Virus record (IMG/VR): IMGVR_UViG_3300031087_000014
Direction: 5' to 3' (one strand)
From: a virus
DNA length: 64,000 nucleotides
Shown one piece after another: positions 9,730 to 22,225 of this stretch (position 1 is its first letter; the number at the start of each line of letters is the position of its first letter). A model generated the notes under the pieces. That model saw only the letters and a list, made by a program, of their open reading frames with translations. It did not search any database and was not told the origin of the DNA. The position numbers were made by a program, and so were the translations under genes.

Positions 9730-11653
9730 CTTTCTTTTCCTCCAACTTGATAGTTTCTTTTTTGACAACACGACCGCTAAACTCCTGACGGTATGTGTAG
9801 TATTTCATTGCAATAATACGTCTTGCTTCAATCTCAGTGCAAACCTCTACAACATCAACCCACTTAGAGAAGTAGGTGATAATGTCCACGAGAGCACTCA
9901 TACCGAAACGGCGTTTCTGCACCATATAGGTAGGTGGCCCAGAATCGTGATGCAGTTTCTGTAACCGGAACATCTGGGACTTTGTTTTCATTTCTGACAT
10001 TCTTTCCTCCAATCATCGTAAGCCTGCTGATCCCCATAAGCCACGTACACCTGTATATTCTCAATAGGAGTATCGTGATCCTGCCAACGGATACTACCAC
10101 CATACTTACTACCAGGGAAAGTGAATTCTGCGATCTTAGTGAACATTGGGTAATCACACTGCCACTTAGTAACCTCATACTCAGGGAAGTTCTTCTCAAC
10201 GTAAGCTTTAAAGTCTTCTCCAGCCTTAAAGAATCCATCTAAGTAGTGTGCGTGTTGCTCTACTTCTTTCATATTGAGATAGATGTGCTTACGGTTAGGA
10301 CTTTCCACAAGTTCATCGGGGATGTACAAACCATCCATATGATCAGGGTATTCTTTTTCCAACTCGTCGTACTCCTCCCGTGTCACTGGTTCGTTCATCC
10401 GGCGCTGCCAGTATTCACTGTAAATATACCAGCCTTCCTCTAAGAAAGCCTTCTCCGGCACATACCCCAAAACAGCCCACTTGTCAAACTTAGGATCACG
10501 TTTGACGGAGTATTCAGTTTCTTCGTAGTAGTGGCCCATACGACTAGCTCCTAAACGTCGAGCCTGCAATCCGTGAGTAGCGAATACAATAACAGCACCA
10601 TCTTCATAATCAGGTGCAGTGACAACAAAAGCTCTAGCAATATTTTCCATTATTTTCCTCCAGAAACGACAAAAGGAGAAGGTATCACACCCTCTCCTTA
10701 GAATCAACCTTCGATTACAACACTTACTTTGTTTTTCTGACCAAACTCGTCATAGTAGAACACTTCAAACCCTTCGAGAGAATGGTAAATACCATCCATA
10801 TCGTAATCTTCGGGCCAGCTTTCGATCCAATCCCCTCCAATATACTTGTCGTAGTTTTCCACATTCTCGTAAGAGTCATAACCACCTTTACCGTTCCGAT
10901 ACAGGTTTGCACAGTCAACCAAGAACTGTAAAAACTCGTACATAGATTCAGTTTCAGTAACAGGGAAAGCTTTCTCTTCGATAATCTCACCATCTGCATC
11001 TCCAATCATAAACTTGGCACTCACCAAGTAAGAGTTGAAGAACCGAGGTGCCACGCTTTCAGCAATCATTACAGTTCGCACCTTTCCGAGAGGTGGCTGT
11101 CTGAAAGCAGGTGAAATAAAACCTTTATGCACTTTAATAGAATTCTTCATCTTCCCTCCTGTTATGCCCAACGGATATGAACGATCATTTCATAAATTAA
11201 CCACACTGTACCGACGATACTTGCAATAGCTCCCACACCCGCCATAATGAACAGGATCATAAACATCCCTTCCCAGCCTTTACCGAACATCTTCTTTCTC
11301 CTCTAATAGTTTGCGTAAACGCAACACTTCATAAGCCAAAACTCGCTCCAGACCGTTACGGCTATCGTCCCGAAGGTGAACAAGCAACTCTTCTGTTAGT
11401 TCTAATTGTTTCATTACTTTCTGCTCCAAGTGATTTCAATAACATCGTAGTCATCTGCAATCTCGGCATTCATCTTATTAAGAATACAATCCCAAGCCGC
11501 AGCCTTCGAAGAGAAAATTAGAAACTGCTTAGTTTCATTCTGCCAAGCAATACCGTCTTTTTCTTTATGATAGACTGCCCACATAGTCACCTCCAATACG
11601 TCAACCATATACCACCAGCAATTATCAGACAGGTAAGAATACCAAATGTCCAT
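9722..11653 (-). CDS. cluster of hypothetical proteins (9722-10012, 9988-10650, 10704-11150, 11414-11653)
   Basis: Coupled - strand ORFs with GGAG RBSs. Confidence 0.6.
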
Positions 11654-11750
11654 CTTGCCCAGCGGCGCTCAAGTAATCCAGGAAACTCAATGATAGCCTC
11701 AAACATACAAGCAATCAACTGAAAGATTGCCTCAATGATTTCTCCTTCCA

Positions 11751-12449
11751 TTAGCTATTCTCTAAGAACACAGCTTGGGCAAAGCCCCGAGGAGTGAGAG
11801 AGCGGATCATTTTAGTCTTTGCAGACTTGCCTCCCAACTTTTTGTATTGTACAGAGAATCCTTCATCTAAGTCAACAGGTTTCTTCTCTGGCATCTTAAA
11901 GCCTTCGCTCACCCACAGACAGGTTTTCTTTGGATAAGCATCTCTTGCCTTGATAAACTCAGGGAAAGCCGGATGCTGGTCGTCTTCCGGTAAATAACCA
12001 CCATACTCGTGAGGGTTAAATATGTGGTTTGGCTTTCTCCACATAGAAGACAGAACACTTACGGGATTCTCGATCATATACTCTGCCATATATTTCTCAG
12101 CCAGTTCCGCAGCAATCTTAGCAGTAGCAACAGCCTTCTCCTGGAACAGAGGATCTTTCTCCCGCTTAGCTTCAAAATGACGAGCACCACTTACAGCCAT
12201 ATCAGTGCAAGGAGGAAAGGCAAAGATTAGATCTGGAGCCTCAATCATCACACCGTTTACACGTTCACCAACAGGATCGAAGCCAGGCTCAATCCACTGG
12301 TTTACATAATGCATATTAGGATGCTGTACTTTGCACGAATATTCTCCGTGGTCGCCTTCGTCTGCATTGAACAGGAAGACAGTGTGACCTGCCTCCGCCC
12401 AATCCTTAGCCGCATATCCCGATCCATCAAACAAGGAAAAGATAATCAT
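11751..12449 (-). CDS. C5-cytosine DNA methyltransferase (phage Dcm-like)
   Basis: SLFDGSG (motif I), FPPCT (catalytic PC), ENP (motif VI), KKTCLW, RSLTPRGFA. Confidence 0.85.
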   Translation of the reverse strand: MIIFSLFDGSGYAAKDWAEAGHTVFLFNADEGDHGEYSCKVQHPNMHYVNQWIEPGFDPVGERVNGVMIEAPDLIFAFPPCTDMAVSGARHFEAKREKDPLFQEKAVATAKIAAELAEKYMAEYMIENPVSVLSSMWRKPNHIFNPHEYGGYLPEDDQHPAFPEFIKARDAYPKKTCLWVSEGFKMPEKKPVDLDEGFSVQYKKLGGKSAKTKMIRSLTPRGFAQAVFLENS

Positions 12450-12637
12450 TCGACACCTTCCCACACAGGGAAAGCAAGTCCATCGTCAGTATACACTTCT
12501 CCAATGGCTTGACAGTTATTGCAAGAGATATGATCTCCATCGTAAAACCAGTTAGGTTTCGTTGCGTCTGTTGTTACAGTAACATTGGATGCTCCGCAGT
12601 TATCACATTCCATCCAATCACACACTACTTTTTGCAT
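12446..12637 (-). CDS. Zn-ribbon protein
   Basis: CDNC...CNNC. Confidence 0.65.
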   Translation of the reverse strand: MQKVVCDWMECDNCGASNVTVTTDATKPNWFYDGDHISCNNCQAIGEVYTDDGLAFPVWEGVE

Positions 12638-12808
12638 TTGATCTCCTCTATGAATCCCCAGCGAATAAACTTCTCCAAGCTGTTCCTTGTGTGGTGAGAC
12701 TTATACCAACCACCAGCCTGATCCTGCGCTTCTACGCCGTTGTTCTTGCTTGTACGATATTTACGGTCAGCACCACCAATCTTACCTGTAGAAACGTAGT
12801 ATTTCATT

Positions 12809-13735
12809 TTACTCTCCTTTATAAGGTCTACAATTATGCTGATTCGCTTTGAATCGCTCTATGTAATCTGTCTTACCCAAGCTGTGATAAAGATTCACAA
12901 CCTTGAAGTAGTTCTCCCACGCATAGGTACGAAAACGCCCTGATGTGATTGAAGTACAGATTTTCATTAATGCTATCATAAAACTTCGTTCTGGGTCAAT
13001 CTCAAAGTTGTTTGGGATCTGAGAACGTTCTAACGCAAGCACACAAGCCTCTTCATAAACACCTAACAGACGGTATTCCTCTTCCACCTCAAAGAATTTA
13101 TCCATAGAGGTGAGGACTTGAGCACCTTCAAACATATAGTACCGGAAAGCTGGCTTGTCGTAAAGAGCAATTGCATCGTGAATATCGTCGTGCTGATAAA
13201 CGTAGTTTACACCATCACCAGAAAAGAACTCTCCACTAGATACATTTAACTTAGGGTGAGAGTAGTTGTAGGTCTCTTTCATACGCTTATTGTAGATATC
13301 AACAAGCTCACCCGTAATCTCAGCACCTAATGACCGCATAAAGTGGATATCCTTCATCGTTTTTAGGAAATGAGGGGAGTTCTTCTTGAAGCGGTGAGAC
13401 ATTTTTAGCATATACAGAACATTCAGAGAAACACAGGTTCCTAATCCAGATGTTTGATTCCTTGTTAGCTCAGGGTGTTTATAGCACCAAGTGAGGATAT
13501 CGTAGCCACTGCTACCTTCTTGAGCAATCTCGTACTCTTCGATTATATGACCGTCTTTCTTGATTAATCCTTTGTTTCCGGTACGGCTGACAGTGTACCC
13601 AGCAGCTTCTGAGCGATAAGAAACATTACTCCACTCCCGTTCAGAACAGATGTAATCGATATCCAGCATTGTTTTACGCAGCTTAATACCTTCTGGAACA
13701 TACTCTAGCAAAGCCTGACTTCCAATAATAACCAT
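12809..13735 (-). CDS. nucleotidyltransferase-fold phage protein
   Basis: IIGSQAL...DIDY (GS..DxD) at the N-terminus; KMSHR..K, HDDIH, EEACVLALER conserved block. Confidence 0.6.
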   Translation of the reverse strand: MVIIGSQALLEYVPEGIKLRKTMLDIDYICSEREWSNVSYRSEAAGYTVSRTGNKGLIKKDGHIIEEYEIAQEGSSGYDILTWCYKHPELTRNQTSGLGTCVSLNVLYMLKMSHRFKKNSPHFLKTMKDIHFMRSLGAEITGELVDIYNKRMKETYNYSHPKLNVSSGEFFSGDGVNYVYQHDDIHDAIALYDKPAFRYYMFEGAQVLTSMDKFFEVEEEYRLLGVYEEACVLALERSQIPNNFEIDPERSFMIALMKICTSITSGRFRTYAWENYFKVVNLYHSLGKTDYIERFKANQHNCRPYKGE

Positions 13736-13777
13736 AATACCCTCCTTACAAGAAATCCCGCCGAAGCGGGATCTATT

Positions 13778-14314
13778 TTAGTGTTGCTTGACACCCATAG
13801 TTGCGTTGTCAGTGTAAGTCTCTTGAGACGCTATCACTTTATTATCTTCAAAGTGATATGCGTGACGCTTACCTGTAGCCACATCTTCGAACATAGCACA
13901 AGCTAGATACTCAAATGGGACGATGGTGTTTTGATTGATAGTGATCAGGTCGATTGTTTTGGTGTTATCAATCTTAACCTGATTAGTTCGTGTGTCAACA
14001 ATAAAACCTTTAACACGGCTGAAATTATACTGCTTGCCGTCTGCATAAATCAGAACAACCTTACGATTTGTTGGTTTTTCTTTTTTGATCTCTTTCACAG
14101 TTCCTTTCTCCTTTATCAGCTTTAAATCCGAATGGTTATACCCATTTGATGTACCGTTATCCCAATCCACTGTAACAGGAAGAAACCCGCGAAACCGTTC
14201 TGTTATGGCTCTCTGCACTGTCCCTACACAATCTGATGGGTTATTACAGGTTGCAGATTGTCCATAATACCGAGAACCTTCTGCAATCTCAACACGATCA
14301 CCTACTTTAAACAT
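13778..14314 (-). CDS. SH3-like N-domain plus paralogous C-domain (family A)
   Basis: FKVGDRV...V.WDNG..N.Y...DL; C-domain IYADGKQYNFSRV resembles 58795 and 59633. Confidence 0.65.
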   Translation of the reverse strand: MFKVGDRVEIAEGSRYYGQSATCNNPSDCVGTVQRAITERFRGFLPVTVDWDNGTSNGYNHSDLKLIKEKGTVKEIKKEKPTNRKVVLIYADGKQYNFSRVKGFIVDTRTNQVKIDNTKTIDLITINQNTIVPFEYLACAMFEDVATGKRHAYHFEDNKVIASQETYTDNATMGVKQH

Positions 14315-14322
14315 AAGTCACC

Positions 14323-16920
14323 TCACTTACTTAGTTGATAAAAAGTTTCATATTGATCCCGAGTGATAATATCAGGGCAGCCCTTCGTTCCTTTGATGAA
14401 AGGCGGTTCAACCACCATATGATTGTTGATTAGACAATCTTCACCACGCATAAAGATTCCACGAGGAGTCTTGACAATGGCTCCTTTAGTCTTGGTAGAG
14501 AATTTAATCTCACCATCAAAATCACGCATAACGCTCATTGCGTTTGGGGGCCACTCCACACCAGAGTTAATCACTTCTTGCACCAGTTCCATTACTTAGT
14601 TCTCCTTGCCATTTTAATTGTCAGCTTAGATAAAGGCGAGAATACAAACTTGCATAGTAAAATAATCACTAGCATAGGCAACCAGAAGGTTGCAGGCCAG
14701 AAGTTATTCGTAAACAAGTCAAAACATTTATCCGTATCAACTTCTTTATCGATGTTTTTCTTCTGTTCATCATACAGATCCATCAGGTAAAACACAACCA
14801 TAAAGAATGGGATCAAGATAATGTAGCAGAAGAAAGGGTGATACATAACCCAATCCAATACAATCATCGTAACACCATTACCTTATGATCGTCAGAAGGT
14901 CGTGATGCTAAGTACTCATTGTACTCCTGAACCTTAGCTTTCGCTTCCTCTCTCAGCTTATCTGCAACAGACAGGCTCCAGTTAGGATCTTTCTCTTTGT
15001 TTGTGCTTTGAGTCAAGTTCTCGTAGTAGACATACATCTCGTCACCTACACTCATAGACCGACTGCCAGTAGAAACGATTTTGAAAGTAGGACAATCACT
15101 GTCGTCATCATTTGTAAGCTTCACAATATCACCAGGGACAAGTCCGTCTTCGTGGTCAATTACTGTAAAATGAGCCTTTAGATCGTATTTATTATTTTCG
15201 CAATATTCTTGAAATTGAGTCATCTTTTTCTCCTTAAATGGTAGGTTTGTCAGCCAGAGGCTTATCATAGTTTGGGCTAAAGGTGTGCAGCTTGTCAAAC
15301 GCATTGAAAGAGCTACGCGATGATTTAGGGCAATGCAGTACCTTAGCTTGGTGTTCGCCGTGTTGCTTACCGCAGTGCAGGCACAGATACTGAGTTTTAT
15401 TTTCCATTTTCATTCTCCGGTTCCACTACAGCTTTACGAACAGAACGTACAACATCACTGGTGATAGCACCACACATAAAGATCCAGATGAAAACGTTGT
15501 TATCCACATCCTTGAAGAAGATGTACTGGAAGCCAAGGGCCATAATAACCCACACTAACATTCCCCACAGAAAACCTTTAGTCTCTTTTTTCATCTCTTA
15601 CTCCTTATTTAACGAAAGTTCCAATATTGTAAGGCTGTGCTCTTACTTTACCAATGATACCGCATTCAGCATCTAAGAACAAGTACTTAATATCAAAATA
15701 AATCGTGTTGGTCATTGATGCATTTTGACGTGACTTGATCACTTTGTAATTCTGCCCTGTCTCCATAAACACGAGGTCAGCATACTTCATCGCATCCATA
15801 AACTGATCGTACTTATCTCCAAAATGATCGTTTTCAGTTTCAAGATAGCACAGAACTCCGTGTCTTGCAAAGTACATAATCATTATAAACTCCCGCAGAA
15901 GCAAATAAAACAGATCACCGTAGCTAACAGTGTCCAGATAGCCATTAAGATACGAGCACCTTCACTCCACTGGAAGATACCTACTTCCAACCACTCGCCC
16001 TGAACCATAGAACCCAAGAACCAGAGAAAGTAAGGAGGCAGAAAGATCACCAAAACTAACATAACGAGAAAACCGATAAACTCTTCCATCATTTTTCTCC
16101 TGTTTTGTATTCGTCAAAACATCCTAGCAGAGTCATACCACCTTGAGTAGTAATAAGTGCATACTGGCAACCAGTTTTGTGATCAGTAATTACATAATCA
16201 ACCCAACCTGTTACACGCTGCTGTTCCATACGTCCAGCTTCAAAGCTACCTGTCTGCAACGGATTGACAGGTTCCGCTGCTGTTACATCGCCATCACAGG
16301 CAGTAAGACAAAGCAATGCAATACCAATAAGAATCTTTTTCATTTAAAACCCTCCTCGCGTAAGAATTCTTTCACCTTCTCAATGTCCGTGAAAGTTTTG
16401 ATTGTGAAGTAATCGTAATGCCGACCATAAGACTTTGGGTTATCCCCTTCCATCCACTTCTTAACGTAGAAGTACCGGAGTAAATGGTGTTGCACTACCT
16501 GATAACCATCCTTTTGCCAAATGATCATTCAACCTCTCCTATACTTTCCGCAGAACCATCCCAAGCACCGATGATATCCATCGCGGTTGATCTTTTCACT
16601 CCGAAATACTTTAACATTGCCTCGACAATATCCTCCGTACTAGGAGAAACGCCTGGCTCTTTCCTTTCTACCCTTTCAAAGTAAATAGTGAGCCATTTAT
16701 GATAAGTCATCCAGTTACGGACACTCACCGACGAAAACCTTTCTTGCGATCTGCAAGCTTCTTAGCATAGCTACTGCCATAATCTTTGCCGGAATCTTTG
16801 TGATAAAGAACACGGTCAGAATCTTTACTCGGACGTTTTCCGATTGCTACCTGTACCACATAGAGGCGGTTGCCTACACCAGCAGCATCGGTTGTTGTTA
16901 GTTGTTTTAATGAAGCCATT
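14323..16920 (-). CDS. cluster of small hypothetical and membrane proteins, including a lipoprotein (16089-16343)
   Basis: Overlapping start/stop ORFs; hydrophobic segments in 14592, 15397 and 15883; lipobox LTAC in 16089-16343. Confidence 0.6.
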
Positions 16921-16982
16921 GTATCCTCCTGTTGTTTGATGTACACACTCTACCTAACATCTAAGAGAAGTACAAGTAGTTT

Positions 16983-17564
16983 TTAGAGGTCTAGTGAGAA
17001 ATCTTCTGAGATATCATCACTCATTTCTTGGGTAAAGCCAATATAGAACAGTGTTGCAGCCGGAGACGTTTGTCCCAGAAGCTTAGTGATACGCTCAATT
17101 TGAATACCGTTTTCGAATAAGATACGACCCTTACTCTTACGAGGGGTGTGAGTTCCCACTTCCAAAATACCACAACGACGACCTGCCTTACCAAAAGCTT
17201 CCAGCACAGCATTATGACTAACTGGAGAACCTTTTGATCGTTTGTCCGAAAGAGAGAATACATATTCACCAAACATATCGCGAGACGAAGCTTCCTTTAG
17301 ACGCTCAGATACAATCTGACGCATAGTGTCAGTGATCTTCACCTTGATAGTTTTGCCTGTCTTCTTCTGCTTTAACGATACGTGAGTAGCAGAATGAGAA
17401 AAGTCGCTCCACTTCAACTGAGTTGCATCGGAGAACCGCAGGGCAGTTTCATACTGCATCACCCACAAACTGTAGAATAAGTTGGTTGCACGGTTATCCT
17501 TAAGGATCTTCGCCACCTTCTTTACATCTTCGACAGATTTAAGTGATGCTGCTGCTTTACCCAT
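16983..17564 (-). CDS. stand-alone tyrosine recombinase (catalytic domain only)
   Basis: TALRFSD (R), KQKKTGK (K), THTPRK (HxxR), LLGQ (H to Q), TLFYIG (Y); own promoter TTGCTA-17-TAAGAT near 17596-17624. Confidence 0.88.
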   Translation of the reverse strand: MGKAAASLKSVEDVKKVAKILKDNRATNLFYSLWVMQYETALRFSDATQLKWSDFSHSATHVSLKQKKTGKTIKVKITDTMRQIVSERLKEASSRDMFGEYVFSLSDKRSKGSPVSHNAVLEAFGKAGRRCGILEVGTHTPRKSKGRILFENGIQIERITKLLGQTSPAATLFYIGFTQEMSDDISEDFSLDL

Positions 17565-17600
17565 TACGATTCTCCTCTCAAGTTGATGGAAGTATCTTAC

Positions 17601-17855
17601 CTACTCCTGAACCTCATAGCAAGCAAAATTATACACGTTACGGATTTTATTCGAGTCTGCATCCATAAACGTATATTCCCCATTATCCCAGCCAATCTCT
17701 CCCGTATAGTGGAAGCTGTACATATAATTGGTATCCGTACAAGCTAAAGTCTTACTTCCTGGCGGCCCTGCTGTCGGGGAAGGGGAGCATCCGGCTAAGA
17801 AAGCCAGAACTAAAGCAATAGCTCCTACTTTAACAGCATCATTCATCTTCGTCAT
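17601..17855 (-). CDS. predicted lipoprotein
   Basis: Hydrophobic signal peptide ending in LAGC. Confidence 0.6.
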   Translation of the reverse strand: MTKMNDAVKVGAIALVLAFLAGCSPSPTAGPPGSKTLACTDTNYMYSFHYTGEIGWDNGEYTFMDADSNKIRNVYNFACYEVQE

Positions 17856-19475
17856 TTGATTCCTCCTCTTCGTCATATGGTTTTTCAATAGACTCAAAGG
17901 AGTGCAGAACGTTATCAAAATAACCTCCGCTCTTCTGGTCTAGTTTTGCACCCGTTACACAGCTACCTGCGTATGCATCATTCTGAGAATCAGCGTAGGA
18001 TTTGGCTACAGAAATGGCTTCTTGTTCTGTACTGAACAATCCAAGAATACCTTCGCTGTGCTCCCAACCATCAGACCAATCCCACCAAGCGATGTAGATA
18101 TCCATAATAGGTTTCTCCTATCAATAAATGTGTTTTTGCACATAAGCTTTCATTAACTGATTAAGCTCTTCGTTTGTAAATAGTGGAGGTTGTTCTTGCA
18201 TCAGCAAGTTGTCCACCGAGATTCGTCAATATATCCTTGTTCAACAATCTCAAAGGTTTCAGTTGTGATTTGATACTTATCCTCGGTGAGGTTATCAATC
18301 GCAAAGCTCTTCGCCTCTTCAATAGAGTCAAAACTCTCCACGTAATCCTTAGCACCGCCGCTTGGGTAGTAGATATCAAAAGAAAAAAGATGATACTTCA
18401 TTCTAAACGCTCCGCAATAGGAAGAAGAAGATTACCAAGAGCACCAGCTTGCCACAGACGGAAAAGGTTATGCTCCTTTCTCAGTTCCTTATCCACACCT
18501 TTCATTCCATTATGGATATAAACGGGAATGCCGATAGAGTTGATGATAAAGATAGCGTAGCCTTCGTCCCAAGCTTTGTTAAGAAAGCACATCTGAGAAG
18601 TGTGTATGTGATCCCCATCTTTCGCTGCATCAAAAGCGAACTCAGTTTCACCATACCCTGTTAACAACTGTCCGTCCTTATAATCAGAGAACGGATAGAA
18701 CATTGCCATTTTCATAGACACCTCCTACCATTTAACGATGATATTTTCAATAAAACCAGGATCTCTATGAGACTCATAGTACACAACCTTAAACCCAGCA
18801 ATTTCCAGCATACGCTTATAAGGCTCCAACTCTAGCTCTTGACGATAACGAGCATAGTGAGGAGGATTTACTCCAAAGTGATCTACCGGAGATAAATGTG
18901 CTTCGAAAAGCCCGCTAGAAGCGGCTTCCTGTATAGCACCTATAACATCAGGGCTAATTTTATCCTTGTTTGCTTGAATAGAATGCTGCCGCATATCTTC
19001 TGCTCTTACCAAAACTGCATCCCCCATTCATCAGTTACTTCAACACCCATCGCCACCTCAAAGGCCATACTATACTGCCCTTTATTAAAGAACAGTTCAA
19101 ACCTGTAGAAGTGGTCGGGACACCTTTCTGACGTAAACTCTGTCGTCACTCCTGTATTAGGATTGAAGATCTTAGCCACACCATTCACTAGGGAAACATC
19201 TTCCTCTCGGAAAATCTCCCCTCTTTCTAATAGTTTGTATCGTAACATAATTATTCGAAAATCCAAACAAGAATACCAACAAAGCACCCAATAATGAAAG
19301 TAAGCCTGATATTTTGCCAGTTAATGTTAAAGAAACCCTGGGTAAACATATTCCAATCCCAAGTGACAAAGCTAATGCCAAAAAGAACAACAAAAGCAAG
19401 TACAAGCAGAGCAATAACAAAGGCCAAACCAAAAGCCATTACTACTCCGATGTTACGGATTAGTCGAGCGATCAT
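17839..19475 (-). CDS. cluster of small hypothetical proteins
   Basis: ORFs 17839-18105, 18201-18401 (YYPSGG motif), 18398-18721, 18725-19027, 19006-19248, 19251-19475 (membrane). Confidence 0.6.
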
Positions 19476-19484
19476 AAATCCTCC

Positions 19485-19946
19485 TTAATAAAGTTGAGCA
19501 ACATCTTCTGAGAAGCCATAGTCATAGAGCATAAGAGTTCCACGAGAGTTGACACCGCAGTTGGTAGGATAGTCTGCCATACCAATATCACAAGAGTTCT
19601 GATAACCGTACTTTTCATCCACAACTTCTACTCGTGCTTCGAGTTGGGAGAACTTCTTCTCAGATGCTTTGGTAATACGCTCAAGAGTTTCCATCTCTAT
19701 CCAGAGAAAGTCAGGATGATGGTTAACGATCTTCGCATAACGCAAACGCTCACGAGGACTCATTTTGTCGTAGAGAACAATCTCAGCTTCATTCTGAGCA
19801 ATACCACGCCAATCTTTAGCCACCTTGATACAAGTGGTATCCAGCAGGTTTTTATAGACAACACGACTGCTGCCTTCTCCTAATTCATCGCCTTTTGCGA
19901 TGGTTTGAATAACTTCACTAATACGCTCACGTAATGATACCGCCAT
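19485..19946 (-). CDS. minimal protein-kinase-like protein
   Basis: LGEGSSRVVY (Gly loop), CIKVAK, QNEAE, N.GV..G.LMLYDYG. Confidence 0.7.
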   Translation of the reverse strand: MAVSLRERISEVIQTIAKGDELGEGSSRVVYKNLLDTTCIKVAKDWRGIAQNEAEIVLYDKMSPRERLRYAKIVNHHPDFLWIEMETLERITKASEKKFSQLEARVEVVDEKYGYQNSCDIGMADYPTNCGVNSRGTLMLYDYGFSEDVAQLY

Positions 19947-19982
19947 AATCCCTCCTCTTTACTCTAAAAAGAGCAACCTAAA

Positions 19983-22201
19983 TCACTCCACCTCTTGTTC
20001 GAAAACCACTTTAACATTCTTTAGCTTGCCTGCCAAGTCCCTGCCTTGTTTTTCTTTCAAGGCTTGCATCGCATCGTCAAATGTATCGAAGGTACGATCA
20101 TAACTATCAGAATAACAATGCTCTTGTAGAGTGTGCCAGAACAGGGAACTTTTATACTTAACCTTGAAGGTGGTACGTTCATCACCCCAAGTGTAACACA
20201 CAATCTGATATTTCATTACTCCTCCTTGCCATCGATGTTACCAAGGAATACCAGAGTACCGTTATTCATCTCTTCTGTCAAATGCTGGAGGCTGGTGAAG
20301 TTGGATTCCGCACCATTCTTATCTAAGCAGGAGATGTATGTTCCTTCTACATCAATACTGTCCTGCTGAATGACCAGCATTTCACCTGGGCGACGACAGC
20401 CTGCCCGTTTGGTAAACTGGAACACATCGCCAAAGCGAACTTCGGTAATTTTAACAGTAGCGGTAGTTACAACGGTATCAGTCTTTTTCATTTTATTTCT
20501 CCTTAGTGGAATCGAATTTCAAGTTTGTTTTCACCCATAGGCACTGCACGAGCACACCGCAAGGTTTCAAAATAGCCAACGTAGAAAACGTGGATCTGAG
20601 TACGGATGCCTTCGGATGTTTCCAGGCTAATAGCAAACTGCCAGTAGTCTTTATCTTGCGCTGTACACCAAGCTTTGTCAACTACATCCTTCAACACTTC
20701 GGATTTAAATCGACGACCAGATGTTCCACCAGAACGGACATAGCGATCATTCCAAGCTCGGTCATACTCTTCTGCCAGCTTGTAGTGCTCTTCGATATCT
20801 TTCAGAGCCTGTTCTGCTAATTGAACATTGTCAAAGATCAATCCTAAGTCTTGATCATTACGCTCTTCGCTCCCGAAGGAATCTCCGGTGGTGTAGTCAA
20901 TAAGGATTTCGTATTTCATTTGTCCTCCGGTATGTTTAACATCTCTAACACCCACTGGAGGGTATTACATTGTGTCTGTAGTTGTAACCTAGCCTCTGAT
21001 CCAAGTAGAGGGAAGGATGCTTGAGATAAGTCATCGTTTTTAACAGCATCAACCAATACAGAAAACCGCTTTTTAAATATCTCTGCTGCTTCTGGAGTAC
21101 ACTCTACACCAGTTGATCGACAAGGTAAAGCATAAACCTGAGAAATCAGCCTATCTCTGTCACGTTGATAGGCAGACTCTGAGGCTGCTTTGGCAATAAT
21201 TAACTCTCGCTCTCGTTTTTGTTCTTCCACTTTAAAGATGAAAGAGAAGAGATTAGCACACTCTGTGGCAGTAAGAGAGGATGGAGAACTAGAATAACGA
21301 GCGTCACTCTCCCGATCATAGATCGAATACTGAGTACGAACTATTTCTAGCTTAACATCACCAATAATCAGACCATAACAAATTCTTCGGCTGTCCAATA
21401 CAGAATCCGTGCGTACTCTTGCTACCTCTACCGAACCATTCACAATACCTTCCTTGATCCTGGACAACATCTCAGAGTCAAACTGAGAGTTATCCTCGGC
21501 AGGGATAGGCTTAGTGGTACTATCGTTCAACCCTTTTAAGAAATTAATCACATATCCTCCTAAAACTCTTTATTGTCAACGTAGTATTGAATGGCCTCAG
21601 CCAAACCCATACCACCTAAGCTCCAGCCATTGATACAAACATACGTGTCTACGATGTATCTGTCAATGACATTTCCTTCGTCATCGTGCTTTGTCCAAGC
21701 CATTTTCTCACGAGAGATACTTACTTGGTTGTTTACGATGAAATCAAACATCTCCTCTTTTGTTAACACTTAGATACCCTCCCTCATCAAACTTCATATT
21801 TCCTCCTTAAGGCTGCGCCTTTAGAACGCTTCGCGGGAGGCTTCGCCTTTCCCCGCTACGCTTGTTGCATCCGTTTAATACTACCTTCACTCTTTTTCCC
21901 GAAAGTCAATTAGAATGAGGCTGTAAGCGTCTTGTTCTGAAATGTTCCACTCCAAAGCTTTCTCCACCACCCAGATATCGTGGTCATAAGCTGTCACCTC
22001 TGCTTCCCAACACCAATCAGGATCTGGATGTTTATCTAGGTTGTTACAGTGATTGATCGCTACTTGGCGTCTCTCTACCATATCAGCCTTCTCTTTCTCC
22101 AGTGCTTCTCTTTCTACTGGAAGTAAACGCTGAATGTGTTCATATCCTACCATCGCTTCGCTCCTCTTAACGTTCGGCACTTTGTGCCTCTCTTGTTGCA
22201 T
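19983..22201 (-). CDS. cluster of hypothetical proteins
   Basis: ORFs 19983-20216, 20216-20491, 20503-20919 (YTTGDSF), 20916-21551, 21560-21769, 21887-22153/22201. Confidence 0.6.
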
Positions 22202-22225
22202 CCGTTAGATCTGTATGTGTACAAT

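Noticed and set aside
16983-17564. Prophage integrase or lysogeny module
   Set aside because: No N-terminal binding domains, repressor, excisionase or host flanking genes.
15501-18497. DnaA boxes (TTATCCACA near 15500 and 18489)
   Set aside because: Isolated single copies inside coding sequence.
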